Source of the DNA: Deltaproteobacteria bacterium
GTDB lineage: Bacteria > Desulfobacterota > Desulfarculia > Desulfarculales > Desulfarculaceae
Length of the DNA: 64,000 bases
Assembly (NCBI GenBank): GCA_021811275.1
Contig: JAJZPI010000004.1
Location: 106-64,105, forward strand
Direction: 5' to 3'
Of this stretch, positions 46,414-55,746 are shown one piece after another (positions within the stretch are counted from its first letter, which is position 1; each line of letters begins with the position of its first letter). Below the pieces are notes generated by a model, which was given only the letters and a program-made list of their open reading frames with translations, was not told the origin of the DNA and ran no database searches. The translations under genes were made by a program, and so were the position numbers.

Positions 46414-48192
46414 ATGCAGGGCTTCTTCAACATGGTGTTGAGGATCAACCTCACACAGAAGTCCTTCGATCTGAAGATCGTCTCCGACGAAGTGCTGCGC
46501 GGCCGGCTGGGCGGCAAGGGCCTGGCCGCCCATCTGCTGTTGCTGCACAACCCGCCGGGCGTCGATCCCCTCAGCCCTGACAACCATCTCATATTCGCCA
46601 CGGGGCCGGTTACCGGCACCGCGGTCTGGGGCTCCTGCCGCTACGGAGTCTTCACCAAGAGCCCCCAGACCGGGTTCTTCTCCGAGTCCTACTCCGGCGG
46701 GGCGGCGGCCGAGCACATGGCCGCCACGGGCTTCGACGCCGTCATGATCCATGGCGCATCCGAGGAGCCGGTCTGGTTGGAAATCAACGAGGAGGCGGTT
46801 CACTTCCATCCCGCCGGCGACCTCTGGGGGCTGGACACCTATGAAACCGAGGACCGCGTCAAGGAGTGGATCAACACCAACCGGCCCGGCAATCCTCAGT
46901 GCGCATCCTTGGTCATCGGGCCGGCCGGAGAGAACCTCTGCCGTTTCGCGGTGATCGAAAACGAGTATTGGCGTAGCGCCGGTCGGACCGGCGTAGGCAC
47001 GGTCATGGGCTCCAAGATGATCAAGGCCGTGGCCTTCTGGGGAAACCGCAAGAAGGAGCTGGCCCACCCGGGGCTATTACGGGACTTCGCCAAGTCCCTG
47101 GCGGCCAGGGGTAAGGAAGACAAGGGCGCCCAGGCCTACAAAAAGATGGGCACCACCATGATGGTGGACGTTATGAACAACGCTGGCAGCTTCCCCACCC
47201 GCTACTGGCACAAGGGCACCTCCGAACACAAGGGGAGCATCAACGCCGCCGCCCTGCACGAGCAATGTGACGTCACGCCGCACGCCTGCAAAAAATGCTT
47301 CATCGCCTGCGGGCGCATGGCGGTGGTCAAGCAAGGCCGACACCTGGGCATGAAGATCGAGGGCCCGGAGTACGAAACCATCTACTCCTTCGGAGGGCTC
47401 TGCGAGGTTAGCTCCATCGAGGAAATCATCTACCTGAACGACCTCTGCGACCGGCTGGGGATTGACACCATCAGCGCCGGCAACATCGCCGCGCTGGCTA
47501 TCGAGGCGTCGCGCCAGGGGCGCATCCCCCTGGACATCGACTACGGCCAGGTGGACAAGATCGCCGAACTCTTGAAGGACATGGCCTACCGCCGGGGCCT
47601 GGGTGAGGTCATGGCCGAGGGCATCAAGGCCGCCTCCGCGGCCTGGGGCATGAGCGACCAGGCCATCCACGTCAAGGGCCTGGAACCGGCGGGCTACGAC
47701 CCCCGCGTGCTCAAGGGCATGGGCCTAGCCTACGGCACCAGCGACCGCGGGGCCTGCCACCTGCGCTCCACCTTCTACAAGCCGGAATTGGCCGGCATGG
47801 TGGAGTCCGACCAGATCAAGGGCAAAGCCGCGATCTTCGTGCAATGGGAGGACCGGCTGACCTTCTTCGACACCCTGATCCTCTGCCGCTTCTACCGCGA
47901 CCTGTATCAGTGGGACGAGTTGGCGGCCATGGTCAAGGGCGTCACCGGCCTGGACCTGACGCACGAGCAGATGCAGGCCATCGCCCGCACGGTCAGCGAC
48001 GACGCCAGGCGATTCAACCTGCGTGAGGGTCTGACCCCTGCTGACGACAAGCTGCCCAGGCGTTTCACCAGCGAGGCGTTGCCGGAGTCGGGCAAGATCA
48101 TAACCGAGGAACAGATGGATCTGATGCTGGCCGAGTATTACCGGGCGCGCGGCTGGGACGAACAGGGCCGTCCTCCCGAGGCTACCAAGTAG
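46414..48192 (+). CDS. Aldehyde:ferredoxin oxidoreductase (tungstopterin AOR family)
   Basis: The ATG at 46414 follows an AGGGAG RBS. The sequence begins MVLRINLTQKSF...GGKGLAAHLL and is about 590 aa, typical of AOR. Confidence 0.85.
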   Translation: MQGFFNMVLRINLTQKSFDLKIVSDEVLRGRLGGKGLAAHLLLLHNPPGVDPLSPDNHLIFATGPVTGTAVWGSCRYGVFTKSPQTGFFSESYSGGAAAEHMAATGFDAVMIHGASEEPVWLEINEEAVHFHPAGDLWGLDTYETEDRVKEWINTNRPGNPQCASLVIGPAGENLCRFAVIENEYWRSAGRTGVGTVMGSKMIKAVAFWGNRKKELAHPGLLRDFAKSLAARGKEDKGAQAYKKMGTTMMVDVMNNAGSFPTRYWHKGTSEHKGSINAAALHEQCDVTPHACKKCFIACGRMAVVKQGRHLGMKIEGPEYETIYSFGGLCEVSSIEEIIYLNDLCDRLGIDTISAGNIAALAIEASRQGRIPLDIDYGQVDKIAELLKDMAYRRGLGEVMAEGIKAASAAWGMSDQAIHVKGLEPAGYDPRVLKGMGLAYGTSDRGACHLRSTFYKPELAGMVESDQIKGKAAIFVQWEDRLTFFDTLILCRFYRDLYQWDELAAMVKGVTGLDLTHEQMQAIARTVSDDARRFNLREGLTPADDKLPRRFTSEALPESGKIITEEQMDLMLAEYYRARGWDEQGRPPEATK

Positions 48193-48468
48193 GTGGAACT
48201 AGGCGTGCGGATGCCTGCGCGGACAGGCGCTCGGCCAGACCGGCGGGGAGCGGAGCGCCCGACATTGGGCAAGGCCTTGGTTTGGGGCCGGGGCAAGGAG
48301 CGTCCATGACTTTCGCGCGGGGGCTCCATTACCCCTGCCCGCAAATGACCAAGATTAAAACGCGGGTCTAAGCCTCTTCGCCTTCTAGGGCCGACCCAGC
48401 TCCCGCTGCCGCTCACGGCCGGGCCCGCAAGACTAGGCCAACCACCAATTCATGGGAGGGAACGCTGT

Positions 48469-49758
48469 ATGTCGAAAAAGGGAATGAACAGAAGGCAGTT
48501 TGTGAAGGCCGGCCTGATGACCGCGGCGGCCGCGGCCCTGGGCCCGGCGGTGCTCAAACCCACCAGCCTCTGGGCTGCCGAGTCCAAGGTGAAGGGCCCC
48601 ATCAAGCTGGGCTATCAGACCGTGCTTTCCGGCACCCTGGCCGGCTACGGCGAGTTCCACAAGATGGGCGCGATCATGGCCATGGAGGAGATCAACACCG
48701 CCGGCGGCATCGCCGGCAACAAGCTGGAGATCGAGTTCCGCGACTCCACCTTGAAGGCCCCCGACGCCATACAGAACGCCCGCTACTTCGTCGATTCCTG
48801 GGGAGCCGACTTCCTGGCGGGCATAGACAGCTCCGGCCAGGCCCTGGCCTTGGCCCCGGTGATGGCCGAATTGGACCGCGTGCTCATGGTCACCCACGCG
48901 GCCACCGAAAAACTTACCGAGGAACAGGTGTTCAAGAACGGGGTGAAGCAGATCTTCCGCATCGTGACCCCCACCTACCAGGATGGCAACGCCGCCGCCT
49001 TCGTGGCCAAGGACCTGCCGGTAAAGACCTGGGCTACCATCAACCCCAAGTACGAGTACGGCTTCACCTGCTGGAACATGTTCAAGGAGACCCTGAGCGC
49101 GCTCAAGAAGGACGTGACCTTCACGGCCGAATCCTGGGCTCCCTTCGGCACCACCGACTTCCGCTCCCATATCAACACCATCATGGACGCCAAACCCGAA
49201 GGCCTCTATTCTGTGGAGTGGGCCGGCGAGCTGATCACCATGGTCAAGCAGGGCATCCAGGCCGGTCTCTTCAACCAGGTCAAACACGTGATGTTCCCCG
49301 TAGGCGCGGCCATGGACGTCTTGGAGGGCCTGGGCGCGGAGATGCCCGACAACATCTGGATCTCCGGCCGCTACTACTTCCTCTACCCCAACGACAAGTC
49401 CAACAACGATTGGGTGGAGCGTTTCCACAAACGCTGGCAGCACTACCCGGCCTATGTTTCCGAGGGCGCCTACTCCACCATGTACGCTTTCAAGAAGGCC
49501 GTGGAGGCGGCCGGATCCAAGGAGACCAAGGCGGTGGTCGGCGCCCTGGAGGGCATGACCCTGGACAGCCCGGCCGGCAAGCGCGTCTTCCGCAAGGAAG
49601 ACCACCAGGCCATGTATGACGTGCCCTGGGGACTCACCGTCAGCAACCCCAAGTACCCGTTCAAGATCATGGGCAAGCAGGTGATGGTCCCGGCCAAGGA
49701 TTGCTTCGCGCGTCCGCCCTTCGAAGGCCCGGGCACCAAGCCGCCCTTCAAGGCCTAG
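48469..49758 (+). CDS. ABC transporter substrate-binding protein (LivK type) with twin-arginine-like signal, set 2
   Basis: 429-aa ORF with the MNRRQFVKAGLMTAAAAAL Tat-like leader and IKLGYQTVLSGTLAGYG. Confidence 0.85.
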   Translation: MSKKGMNRRQFVKAGLMTAAAAALGPAVLKPTSLWAAESKVKGPIKLGYQTVLSGTLAGYGEFHKMGAIMAMEEINTAGGIAGNKLEIEFRDSTLKAPDAIQNARYFVDSWGADFLAGIDSSGQALALAPVMAELDRVLMVTHAATEKLTEEQVFKNGVKQIFRIVTPTYQDGNAAAFVAKDLPVKTWATINPKYEYGFTCWNMFKETLSALKKDVTFTAESWAPFGTTDFRSHINTIMDAKPEGLYSVEWAGELITMVKQGIQAGLFNQVKHVMFPVGAAMDVLEGLGAEMPDNIWISGRYYFLYPNDKSNNDWVERFHKRWQHYPAYVSEGAYSTMYAFKKAVEAAGSKETKAVVGALEGMTLDSPAGKRVFRKEDHQAMYDVPWGLTVSNPKYPFKIMGKQVMVPAKDCFARPPFEGPGTKPPFKA

Positions 49759-49818
49759 CATAGACGCGGCCCCGGCCCGGTGCGCGGCCGGGGCCGCCCC
49801 AACTCGGGGAGCCCGTTC

Positions 49819-50688
49819 ATGCTGCAATCCATCGTGCACGTCTGCCTGGCCGGCCTTTCCCAGGGCATGTTCATCTGGCTGGTGGCCAGCGGGCTTACTC
49901 TCATCTTCGGGGTCCTGGGCGTTTTGAATTTCGCCCACGGCAGCTTCTACATGCTAGGGGCCTACTTCTGCTTCATGGTGCTCAGGGCCCTGGGTGAAAA
50001 CTTCTGGTGGGGTCTCTTGCTGGGCCCCGTCTGCGTTGCCGCTGTTGGTTATCTGGTGGAGCGCTTCTTCCTGCGCCGGGTCTACGGCTTGGAGCTGCCC
50101 TACCAGCTTCTGCTCACCTTCGCCTTCGTCCTGCTCTTCGACGACCTTGTCAAGATATTCTGGGGCGCGGCCTCCATCGGCACGCCTCCTGCGCCGGGCC
50201 TGGCCGACTCGATCATGATCCTGGGCCGCCGATTCCCCTCCTACAACCTGTTCGTCATCGCGGTTGGCCCGTTGCTGGCTCTGGGGCTTTGGGGCCTGCT
50301 CGAGAAAACCTGGGCTGGGCGCATCATTCGGGCCTCATCCTCCGACCGGGAGATGGCCTCGGCCCTGGGGGTCAAGGTCCCCACCCTGTTCACGGCGGTC
50401 TTCGTCTTCGGCACCTGGCTGGGCGCCCTGGGCGGAGGCCTGGCCGTGCCCTACCTGGGTCTGCTTACCCCCGGCATGGGCGAACAGATCATCATCGAAG
50501 CCTTCGTTGTGGCGGTCATCGGCGGCTTGGGCAGCCTCAAGGGCGCCTTCCTGGGGGCCCTGGTCATAGGCTTGCTCTCTGCCTTCGGCACCCGCTTCCT
50601 CCCCACCTTCGACATGTTCCTCACCTTCATTCTCATGGCCGGGGTTCTGCTGTGGCGTCCCCAGGGCTTTTTCGGGGAGGCGCGATGA
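49819..50688 (+). CDS. LivH-like ABC permease, set 2
   Basis: The ATG at 49819 gives MLQSIVHV. The motif LNFAHGSFYMLGAY is present. Confidence 0.85.
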   Translation: MLQSIVHVCLAGLSQGMFIWLVASGLTLIFGVLGVLNFAHGSFYMLGAYFCFMVLRALGENFWWGLLLGPVCVAAVGYLVERFFLRRVYGLELPYQLLLTFAFVLLFDDLVKIFWGAASIGTPPAPGLADSIMILGRRFPSYNLFVIAVGPLLALGLWGLLEKTWAGRIIRASSSDREMASALGVKVPTLFTAVFVFGTWLGALGGGLAVPYLGLLTPGMGEQIIIEAFVVAVIGGLGSLKGAFLGALVIGLLSAFGTRFLPTFDMFLTFILMAGVLLWRPQGFFGEAR

Positions 50689-51644
50689 TAACAAACAAGG
50701 CATATATGGCCTTCGGCCTGCTCTTGGCCGGGCTGGTGGTTTTGGGGTTGGCGGGCGACCGTTTCCTGCTCTACATCTCCATGCGCATCATGATCCTGGC
50801 CATTTTCGCCCTGGGCTTCGACATTCTTTTCGGGCGCACCGGCCTGCTGTCCTTCGGCCACGGCGCCTTCTACGCCGGCGGAGCCTATGGCGTGGCCCTC
50901 TGCTATATGCATCTGGCCAAGGATCCTCTGCTTTGCCTGCTGGCGGGAGTGCTGCTGGCCACTGGCCTGGCCTTGGTCATAGGCTTCTTCTGCGTGCGCC
51001 ACACCGAGATCTACTTCGCGATGTTGACGCTCGCCTTCGGCATGATGGTATTCTCGCTGATCTGGAATCTGCGCGAAATCACCGGCGGCGATGACGGCCT
51101 GGTGGGGGTGGGACGGCAGGCCATCAACCTGGGCCTGTTTAAGATCCCCCTGCGCAAGGAAAGCGAATTCTACTTCCTGGTGCTGGCCTTCTTCACCGGG
51201 GCCATCTGGGTGGCCCACCGCATCCGCACCTCTCCCTTCGGGCTCATTCTGGCCGGCATACGCGAGAACGACCGCCGCACAGAGTTCGCCGGGGTCAACA
51301 TCAGGAACTACCGCCTGGCGGCGTTTGTCATTTCCGGAGCCATGGCCGGCCTGGCCGGCGGCCTGGGGGTGCTCCTGGAGAGTAACGCCACGCCCCACAT
51401 CTCCCACTGGAGTCATTCCTCCGATCCGGTGCTGGTCGGACTCATCGGCGGCCTCAACACCCTGGCCGGCCCCCTGGTCGGAAGCCTGGTCTTCGTCGGG
51501 CTCAAGGAGTTGGTGATGCGCTTCACCACCTACTGGATGCTCTTTTTCGGGGTGGTGCTCCTCATCATCCTGCTGGGCTTCCGGGGAGGCGTGGTGGGCA
51601 CTCTGGTGCAAAGACTCGCCGGACGGAGGGAGGTCCGCTCATGA
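50685..51644 (+). CDS. LivM-like ABC permease, set 2
   Basis: The ATG at 50685 gives MITNKAYMAF. The motif GLLSFGHGAFYAGGAY is present. It shares an ATGA overlap with the LivH-like gene. Confidence 0.85.
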   Translation: MITNKAYMAFGLLLAGLVVLGLAGDRFLLYISMRIMILAIFALGFDILFGRTGLLSFGHGAFYAGGAYGVALCYMHLAKDPLLCLLAGVLLATGLALVIGFFCVRHTEIYFAMLTLAFGMMVFSLIWNLREITGGDDGLVGVGRQAINLGLFKIPLRKESEFYFLVLAFFTGAIWVAHRIRTSPFGLILAGIRENDRRTEFAGVNIRNYRLAAFVISGAMAGLAGGLGVLLESNATPHISHWSHSSDPVLVGLIGGLNTLAGPLVGSLVFVGLKELVMRFTTYWMLFFGVVLLIILLGFRGGVVGTLVQRLAGRREVRS

Positions 51645-52399
51645 GCTCTCCCCTGTTGCAGGTGAAGGGCCTGACCAAGGCCTTCGGCAAGGTGGTCACC
51701 GCGCGCGAAATAGACCTCGACTTCGAGGCCGGGGTGCTGACCTCGATCATCGGCCCCAACGGCGCTGGCAAATCAACCTTCATCAACATGATGTCCGGAT
51801 CGCTGTCGGCGGACGCGGGAGCCATCACCTTCGACGGCCACGACGTAACCAGGCTGCCCATCCACGCTCGCGTGGGCATGGGCCTCTGCCGCAGCTTCCA
51901 GGTGGTCAACGTCTTTCCCGGGCTCACCGTCTTCGAAAACGTGGAGATACCCACCCTGGTCAACCGCCGGCGGGCGGCGCGCTTCTTCAGCCCCCGCGCC
52001 AAGGAAACCCAGGTCCGCGACCAGGCGTTGGAGGTGCTCAACCTGGTGGGCCTCGGCCACAGGACGGAGGTCAAGGCCAGCGAGCTTTCCCACGGCGACC
52101 AGCGCCTGCTGGAGGTCGCCATAGCCATGGCCGCCCGCCCCAAGCTGCTCTTCCTGGACGAGCCCACCGCGGGCATGAATCCGGTGGAGCGGGTCGACAT
52201 CTTGAAACACATCCGTCGCATCTCCAACCAGGGCTCCACCACCTTCGTCATCGTCGAGCATGACATGGACATCGTCTTCTCTCTTTCGGACCGCGTGGTG
52301 GTGCTACATCGGGGAGACGTGATCTGCGACGGCCCGCCCAGCGTGGTCCAGTGCGACGAACAGGTGCGGGAGTGCTACCTGGGTCAGGAGGTGATGTGA
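51641..52399 (+). CDS. LivG-like ABC ATPase, set 2
   Basis: Walker A GPNGAGKST and Walker B LLFLDEP. Confidence 0.88.
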   Translation: MSSPLLQVKGLTKAFGKVVTAREIDLDFEAGVLTSIIGPNGAGKSTFINMMSGSLSADAGAITFDGHDVTRLPIHARVGMGLCRSFQVVNVFPGLTVFENVEIPTLVNRRRAARFFSPRAKETQVRDQALEVLNLVGLGHRTEVKASELSHGDQRLLEVAIAMAARPKLLFLDEPTAGMNPVERVDILKHIRRISNQGSTTFVIVEHDMDIVFSLSDRVVVLHRGDVICDGPPSVVQCDEQVRECYLGQEVM

Positions 52400-53100
52400 T
52401 GCTTCTGGACGTCGGCGGCATCAACACCTACTACGGCACCTCCCACATTCTGCAGGACGTCTCATTCTCGGTGGATTCCGGCGAGGTTGTGGCGCTGTTG
52501 GGGCGCAACGGCGTGGGCAAGACCACCACCCTGCGTTCGGTTATGGGGCTCACCCCGCCCAGGGACGGCACGGTGCGCCTGCAGGACCAGGAACTGCGCG
52601 GCCTGGCGGCCCATGCCATCAGCCGCCTAGGCGTGGCCTACATGCCCGACGACCTGCGAATCTTCCCCGACCTTACCTGCGAGGAAAACCTGCAGATCGC
52701 GGCCAAGCTTTCCCCGCGGACTGGATATTGGAACCAGGAACGGGTGGAGGAGCTATTCCCGGTGCTCGCTGATCGCCGGCGGCAAAAGGGCCTGAACATG
52801 AGCGGCGGGGAAAAGAAAATGCTTTCCATGGGCCGCGCGCTCATGTCAAACCCGCAGCTGATCCTCATGGACGAGCCCAGCGAGGGCCTGGCGCCCCTGG
52901 TGGTGCGCGCCCTGGCCGGTTCCATCATGGAAATACGCTCCCATGGCGTGACCATTCTCCTGGCCGACCAGAACCTGAAATTCTGCCGTCAGGTCTGCGA
53001 CCGGGGCTACATCATCGAAAAGGGCCGCATCGTGCACCAGGGAACCATGGAGGACATTTGGGGCAACGAGGCGGTGGTCAAGAAGTATCTGGCTCTTTAG
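52399..53100 (+). CDS. LivF-like ABC ATPase, set 2
   Basis: The ATG at 52399 gives MLLDVGG and overlaps the LivG-like stop (ATGTGATG). Walker A GRNGVGKTT and MSGGEKKML are present. Confidence 0.85.
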   Translation: MLLDVGGINTYYGTSHILQDVSFSVDSGEVVALLGRNGVGKTTTLRSVMGLTPPRDGTVRLQDQELRGLAAHAISRLGVAYMPDDLRIFPDLTCEENLQIAAKLSPRTGYWNQERVEELFPVLADRRRQKGLNMSGGEKKMLSMGRALMSNPQLILMDEPSEGLAPLVVRALAGSIMEIRSHGVTILLADQNLKFCRQVCDRGYIIEKGRIVHQGTMEDIWGNEAVVKKYLAL

Positions 53101-53135
53101 GCCGGCTGGCGCGGCCGGGTCATTGAGGAGAAACC

Positions 53136-53897
53136 ATGCAGGACCTATTCGACCTTACGGGCAAGGTGGCCATGGTCACCGGAGCCACCAGGGGTCTGGG
53201 GGAGTCGGCAGCCAGGGCGTTGGCCAAGGCCGGGGCCGAGGTGGCGGTTTGCGGCCGTGTTCAGGCCGATCTTGACCGGGTCTCCGGGGATCTCCACGCC
53301 CTGGGCCGGCAGGCCCAGGGCTTCAGCCTGGACGTGCTATCCAAGGAAAAGGTCCGGCAAACCGTGGAACTGATCCTGGAGAGATTCGGCCGCATCGACA
53401 TCCTGGTAAACAACGCTGGCGTGAACAATCGCCAACCGGTGCTTGAATACCCCGAGGAGGCCTGGGATCTGGTGCTGGCCACCAACCTTAAAGGCTATTT
53501 TTTGGTGGCGCAGGCGGTTGCTCCGCAAATGATCAAGCGCGGCTACGGCAAGGTCATCAACATGAGTTCGATCCTGGGGACCGTGGGCCTGCCCGGCCAA
53601 CTGGCCTATGCCGCCAGCAAGGGCGGAGTGGACCAGATCACCAAGGTCATGGCCCTTGAATGGGCCAAGCTGGGCGTCCGGGTGAACGCCATCGGTCCCA
53701 CCTATTTCGAGACCGACCTGGTTAAGCAGCTGCGCAACGATCCCGAGCGTTTCAACTTCATCAACGAGCGCACCCCCATGGGACGCTGGGGCTATCCCGA
53801 GGAGTTGGAGGGCATCGTCATATTCCTGGCCGCCCAGGCCTCGGACTTCATCACCGGCCAGACGATCTACATCGACGGCGGCTGGACCATCTGGTAG
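53136..53897 (+). CDS. Short-chain dehydrogenase/reductase (SDR)
   Basis: 253-aa ORF with TGATRGLG, NNAG and the YAASKGG catalytic motif. Confidence 0.88.
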   Translation: MQDLFDLTGKVAMVTGATRGLGESAARALAKAGAEVAVCGRVQADLDRVSGDLHALGRQAQGFSLDVLSKEKVRQTVELILERFGRIDILVNNAGVNNRQPVLEYPEEAWDLVLATNLKGYFLVAQAVAPQMIKRGYGKVINMSSILGTVGLPGQLAYAASKGGVDQITKVMALEWAKLGVRVNAIGPTYFETDLVKQLRNDPERFNFINERTPMGRWGYPEELEGIVIFLAAQASDFITGQTIYIDGGWTIW

Positions 53898-53909
53898 GAG
53901 CGCGCGGCC

Positions 53910-55445
53910 ATGCTGGTTCATGAAATTCTTGAATACACCGCCGAGCGTTTGCCCGGCAAGATAGCCCTGCGCGAAGACGGCGCCTCGCTGACCTATGGCG
54001 AAACCCTGGGCCGAGTTCGGGCTTTGGCTGCCGCCTTGCAAGCGCGCGGGGTGGGGCCGGGCGACCGCGTGGCCCTGCTTTTCCCCAATTGCATGGAGTT
54101 CTGCCTGGCCTATTTCGCGGTGCTGAGTCTCGGCGCGGTGGTGGTGCCCCTGAACAACCGCCTGGCCAGCCAGGAGTTCACCTACATCGTCAATGACGCT
54201 CAACCCGCCACCTTGATCGTTGGTCATCACCTTTGGGATGCCTACCTTGGTTTCCGCGACGGACTCGAGACTCCGGTCCGGGTCATCTACGCCGGACCGG
54301 AGCGCAAGAAAGGCGCCGAATTTTTCGCCGACCTTGCCCAGCCCGGCCCCTGCCCCGCCGCCGTGGGCGGGCTCAACCACGACAGCCCGGCTTGCATCAT
54401 GTACACCAGCGGCACCACAGGGCTCCCCAAGGGGGCGGTGATGACCCACGGCAACATCTTCACCAACGCCCGCAATTGCGGCGCGCATCTTGACTACAAG
54501 GAGTCTGACGTCACCCTGATCGTGGTACCGCTGTTCCACGTTACCGGCCTCAACTCGCAGCTGGTCGCCTTCTTCTACGTCGGCGGCACCTGCTCCATCA
54601 TGCGCGCCTACAATACCTCGGCCATGATCGAACTGATCGCCAGCCACCGAGTTAGCGTGACCTTCAAGGTACCGACCATGTACACCCTCATGCTGGTCAA
54701 CCCCGCCCTGACCGCTCACGACCTCTCCAGCCTGCGCCTGGCCGCCTATGGTGGAGCGCCCATGGACCCCGCCACCATCAGGGCTCTGCAGCAAACCCTG
54801 GGTGTCGACCTTTACAACGCCTACGGGCTCACCGAAACCAGTTCGCTAACCACCGTGCTTCCCTGCTGCGACGCCCTGCGCAAGGCCGGTTCCGTGGGGC
54901 TGCCCGTTTCCGGCGTTTCCCTACGGGTGGTTGATGAAAGCGGCCTCGATCTGCCCCCTGATACGCCAGGCGAGCTTTGGGTGAAGGGTCCCAACGTGGT
55001 GGGCCAGTATTGGAACAAACCCGAGGCCACGGCCTCCAGTCTGGCCGGAGGCTGGCTGCGCACCGGAGATATCGCCCGTATCGATCCCGAGGGTTTCGTA
55101 TTCATCGCCGACCGCAAGAAGGACATGATCTGCCGCGGGGGCGAGAATATCTATTCCATCGAGGTGGAAGCCGCTTTGCTTACCCACTCCCAGGTCCTGG
55201 AGGCCGCGGTGGTACCCCGTCCCCACTCCATTTTCCAGGAGGTCGTGCATGCCTTCTGCGTGCTCAAGCCCGGAGCCGAAGCGGCCGAGGACGAAATCAT
55301 CGCCCATTGCAAGAGCATGATCGCCGACTACAAGGTTCCGGCGTCAGTCTCCTTTGTGGAGGCGTTGCCCAGAAATCCCGGCGGAAAGGTTCTCAAAAAC
55401 GCGCTGCGCGAACTGGTCCCTCCCGGCGATCCGCCCCGGCGTTAG
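53910..55445 (+). CDS. AMP-forming acyl-CoA synthetase/ligase
   Basis: 511-aa ORF with the AMP-binding motif MYTSGTTGLPKG plus GYGLTE-like and TGD motifs. Confidence 0.88.
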   Translation: MLVHEILEYTAERLPGKIALREDGASLTYGETLGRVRALAAALQARGVGPGDRVALLFPNCMEFCLAYFAVLSLGAVVVPLNNRLASQEFTYIVNDAQPATLIVGHHLWDAYLGFRDGLETPVRVIYAGPERKKGAEFFADLAQPGPCPAAVGGLNHDSPACIMYTSGTTGLPKGAVMTHGNIFTNARNCGAHLDYKESDVTLIVVPLFHVTGLNSQLVAFFYVGGTCSIMRAYNTSAMIELIASHRVSVTFKVPTMYTLMLVNPALTAHDLSSLRLAAYGGAPMDPATIRALQQTLGVDLYNAYGLTETSSLTTVLPCCDALRKAGSVGLPVSGVSLRVVDESGLDLPPDTPGELWVKGPNVVGQYWNKPEATASSLAGGWLRTGDIARIDPEGFVFIADRKKDMICRGGENIYSIEVEAALLTHSQVLEAAVVPRPHSIFQEVVHAFCVLKPGAEAAEDEIIAHCKSMIADYKVPASVSFVEALPRNPGGKVLKNALRELVPPGDPPRR

Positions 55446-55478
55446 TTCCTTGGGCCATCCTGGATTGGTTTTGGTTCG

Positions 55479-55742
55479 ATGAAGGTGGCGCTTAAATATT
55501 GCGGCGGCTGCAACCCGGACTATGAACGCACTCCGTACTGGGAGGCCATCAAGCAGGCCGCCGGCGACGAGTTTCAGTGGGTGAGGCTTGAGGATGGAGA
55601 CTACCAGGCCGTACTGCTCATATGCGGCTGCCCCAAGGCCTGCCCCAGGGAAGATATGCCTTCCGGCGTCAACCTGGTCTGCCTCAGCGATCCGGATTCG
55701 TCAGCCGAGGCCGTGTTAGCCATGCTTAGGAAGAAAGAGTGA
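55479..55742 (+). CDS. Small Cys-rich hypothetical protein (87 aa)
   Basis: The motifs KYCGGCNPDY and LICGCPKACP (six of its seven Cys) suggest a metal or FeS site. It ends 4 nt before the AbfD-like gene. Confidence 0.55.
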   Translation: MKVALKYCGGCNPDYERTPYWEAIKQAAGDEFQWVRLEDGDYQAVLLICGCPKACPREDMPSGVNLVCLSDPDSSAEAVLAMLRKKE

Positions 55743-55746
55743 AAAA

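Noticed and set aside
48193-48468. Internal sigma-54 promoter or riboswitch in the 276-bp gap before the second transporter set
   Set aside because: I found no GG-N10-GC match with flanking consensus and no recognisable riboswitch core. The gap remains unexplained, but there is nothing specific to report.
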